Below are positions 62,901 to 64,000 of a DNA stretch of 64,000 nucleotides, in pieces. Both the position numbers and the translations under genes were made by a program. Every line of letters begins with the position of its first letter. Position 1 is the first letter of the stretch. This DNA is from a virus, in IMG/VR virus record IMGVR_UViG_3300028800_000002, positions 1 through 64,000 of that record. One strand, written 5' to 3'. A model generated the notes under the pieces. It did not search any database. It was given only the letters and a program-made list of their open reading frames with translations, and had not been told where the DNA came from.

Positions 62901-63102
62901 AGACTCGGCAGGAATTCGTATTGCTGTAGATACTACGGGGGCTAGGGTTGGTGTAGACCGCTTGATGGTCAATCAGGCTCACTACAACACCCAGTCTTGG
63001 GGTAACTTCTCGTTGCGACGGTTGTACATAAAGCAGAGTACACCAGCACTTGTATTCAGTGATGGCATTGACCTTGCCACGGCATTTAGCGCATTGTTTT
63101 GA
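59908..63102 (+). CDS. Tail fibre/spike with LamG-like and SGNH (SASA/CE6-like) esterase domains
   Basis: LLNSGQSNA (nucleophile Ser), HGGAAITAWEPGG, IFWTQGEYES, WCVHYS; LamG-like TLYIDG. Confidence 0.7.
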   Translation: MSEKLLADWSEADGIPRSIALTVASYAALMAATAFPGKAAFDVSDQAKLVELADCRQVWRMTAFSPPAWDLDDAGPDDHTADFQVIGVLASLTGLASNAFDVGNGTLAAGKRVLSVVPGGYQGLFILSANGSNWDLTRAPDLSADGQVINGAAVTVRFGQFSGNLYVQLGTSLSTLSYAAPSNLSTSAAPTLTGPSSTLFDFSQSQTVEIIPLAGNNPVAGTWETLTGLTASNGQPDADGIPRATAFTETGTGVRVANHTPGNVPQAGWVRAKFSYLPGPAFDPKHLIFMISGYHWLLLPTLQSLKYPGSDANYTVYGLNGTVLYYYGFKFTPRGKWIDCEYETNIAAAHVDVAQFCSFTTRGVSAAARAGVIISASNVQLQQDRVVSVTPVRGSTDSLLAQSTDTARPVLAPDIWFGHPALVEGYGNNCALTKDIAACTLATVGVVIWVGCIHPSTTSRQIYSLNGTVSRLAPEVDPTGFWRISRTDDAGVTTSHLTTHPVAPVPVHVEIEQGPTSATLYIDGLPASGGVLATSTVATFTSHTLFGGDSQSVVETLSEAFGMALTAAQVASQCAEMRAMAYLPAKWPALLNSGQSNAVTVKGTTKALVGNGIFAHPGYALYAGDNGGYATTTGWDTDPITGPTGGVGIRLGWQAEAQKNNQPAIAINIAHGGAAITAWEPGGADYDYIATTLATALASFGTHLISVEDIFWTQGEYESNDPGTVAGYYAGKLTALIAYLRSLPGVNPNASFGIHRVNEWLGPGTLVPVVSYMSSALVRADEDLVAATVPNCYKTDLSGGAQTNWCVHYSPAQCIEIGRIAWRTRHRQPARIQIIEADRPQRGTWGATGGCFDFEHNVVLSGTNVVSVASTEGTAILTSAGSPVLTTDPLGGKKRVTVAAGRYLQSLDSVRWGVYSGASSFLMGMLWWIGSGGEENYAVLSSLDISNSAFLIKSNTIYRQAYRNGGGSALVFDAPAVAAPGTQQWAVYGGDGTNLFAIDSAGIRIAVDTTGARVGVDRLMVNQAHYNTQSWGNFSLRRLYIKQSTPALVFSDGIDLATAFSALF

Positions 63103-63104
63103 GT

Positions 63105-63141
63105 AGCTAAAGAAAGGCCAGGCATTGCGCCCTGGCCTTTC
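63105..63141. terminator. Bidirectional terminator at the end of the tail module
   Basis: GAAAGGCCAGG/CCTGGCCTTTC 11-bp stem; minus tail TTTAGCT. Confidence 0.8.
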
Positions 63142-63144
63142 CGC

Positions 63145-63348
63145 CTATGCCGCTAGGGCCATTAGGCACATCAGGAAATGCTCGGTTTTGGTCATCAATG
63201 GGCTATGCGCTGTTGACCACGACGTTCCGGAGAGGCCGCAGTTTACGCAAGTCCACATTAGACCGTGTCGAAGTATCTCCCCTTTGCACGATGCACTCAT
63301 CGGTAACCTTTCTGCGTACTTGAGTGCAGGTTTCCTCAGTGCGATCAC
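63145..63348 (-). CDS. Small Cys-containing hypothetical protein
   Basis: GTG start overlaps the TGA of the -1-frame ORF; CVNCG motif; ends at a terminator. Confidence 0.55.
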   Translation of the reverse strand: MIALRKPALKYAERLPMSASCKGEILRHGLMWTCVNCGLSGTSWSTAHSPLMTKTEHFLMCLMALAA

Positions 63349-63539
63349 ACCAGTTCACACTGGAGAACTCGTTGTAGTAACAAGTCGAGATTCGGATCGT
63401 CCTGTACCAGGACCCCTAAGCGCACGGCCAGGGTTCTCAATTGGTTGTAGCCAAGTCCTAGAAGGTAGGCCTTGTCTACTTCAATCGTGTCTTGAACCCT
63501 GGCTCTGATGCAGTTGGGCCAGACCTCGACTTTTACTCG
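63345..63539 (-). CDS. Start-less -1-frame extension of the 63533 ORF (frameshift product)
   Basis: 64 codons, RVKVEVWPNCIRARVQDTIEVDKAYLLGLGYNQLRTLAVRLGVLVQDDPNLDLLLQRVLQCELV; reachable through G_GGA_AAC. Confidence 0.7.
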   Translation of the reverse strand, partial: RVKVEVWPNCIRARVQDTIEVDKAYLLGLGYNQLRTLAVRLGVLVQDDPNLDLLLQRVLQCELV

Positions 63540-64000
63540 TTTCCCTGGTCTAGCACCTCTTCATCCTCGCCACCTGGCGTGTTGGCTTCCAGGATGGTCT
63601 TGATGCCTGGGATCTCCTCAAGTGCCATGGACACAATCTCTTCGCGGCTCATTTGGCCCGCTGCCGCCTGCTCGAGGGAGAGTAGGGTCAAGGCGCTATT
63701 GAACATGACAGCTACGGAAAGAGCCTCGATGGAGGACTGCATTCCGCCCAAAGACCCTTCTACGTTTTCCGCCAGACCAGACATCCCTTCGCAGCGCTCA
63801 GAGATTGTTTTCAGTAGCTCCATGGTCTTGGAGGCCCCAGCGGCAACAGCCGCCGTGGCTGGGGATCGGGCAGCAGCTGGATCGGTGACTGGTGTTCTGG
63901 CCTCTGTTTCTTCCGGTTCCGCGGCGGCCGCTGGCTTTCTCGCAGTAGCGGCACCGGCCTTACCCGTGGCTGGTTGCCTGGAGGCAGCTGGCTTCTTACC
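63533..64000 (-). CDS. 5'-truncated protein with K/A/P-rich linker, helical domain and acidic tail
   Basis: Frame open from 64000 (GKKPAASRQPATGKAGAAT...) into the listed 96-aa ORF, so the real start lies outside the window. Confidence 0.8.
   Translation of the reverse strand, partial: GKKPAASRQPATGKAGAATARKPAAAAEPEETEARTPVTDPAAARSPATAAVAAGASKTMELLKTISERCEGMSGLAENVEGSLGGMQSSIEALSVAVMFNSALTLLSLEQAAAGQMSREEIVSMALEEIPGIKTILEANTPGGEDEEVLDQGNE

Noticed and set aside
1-64000. tRNA, rRNA or CRISPR arrays
   Set aside because: No cloverleaf with a T-loop motif and no regularly spaced repeat-spacer array seen by eye; tRNAscan and CRISPR tools were not run.
1-64000. Stop-codon reassignment or inteins
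   Set aside because: Long genes are intact in code 11, TAA, TAG and TGA all terminate coupled genes, and no HINT motifs were noticed.

Overview
This window is part of a large contractile-tailed (myovirus-like) phage genome in the standard genetic code. A TGG-repeat lipoprotein and a Cys-rich FGE-type domain suggest a Myxococcota host, which is inference. About 1-3.3 kb holds a large virion-like protein. About 3.3-38 kb is a dense accessory region of small ORFs plus an ATP-dependent DNA ligase, Lar-like protein, orphan N4/N6 methyltransferase, response-regulator receiver, frameshifted metallophosphoesterase, antirepressor-like protein, S53 sedolisin, DUF3850/ASCH, HerA-like ATPase, 5'(3')-deoxynucleotidase, MazG-like pyrophosphatase and dCTP deaminase. 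About 38-40 kb carries an FGE-domain protein, an SLT-like enzyme and a GH25 muramidase. About 40-63 kb is a baseplate/tail-fibre module with inserted reverse-strand genes and a second lysis-like cassette. The best observations not explained by the ORF track are five. (1) An apparent programmed -1 frameshift (G_GGA_AAC) at 63545-63539 adds a start-less 64-aa domain. (2) A repeated bipartite promoter/leader cassette is often fused to intrinsic terminators that share a TTAGCT tail. (3) One such promoter drives an ORF-less, hairpin-rich sRNA candidate. (4) A holin-like gene, two lipoproteins and a papain-like peptidase form a coupled cassette. (5) A sedolisin without a prodomain and an orphan receiver protein are present. 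All functional calls come from motif recognition by eye; no searches were run.
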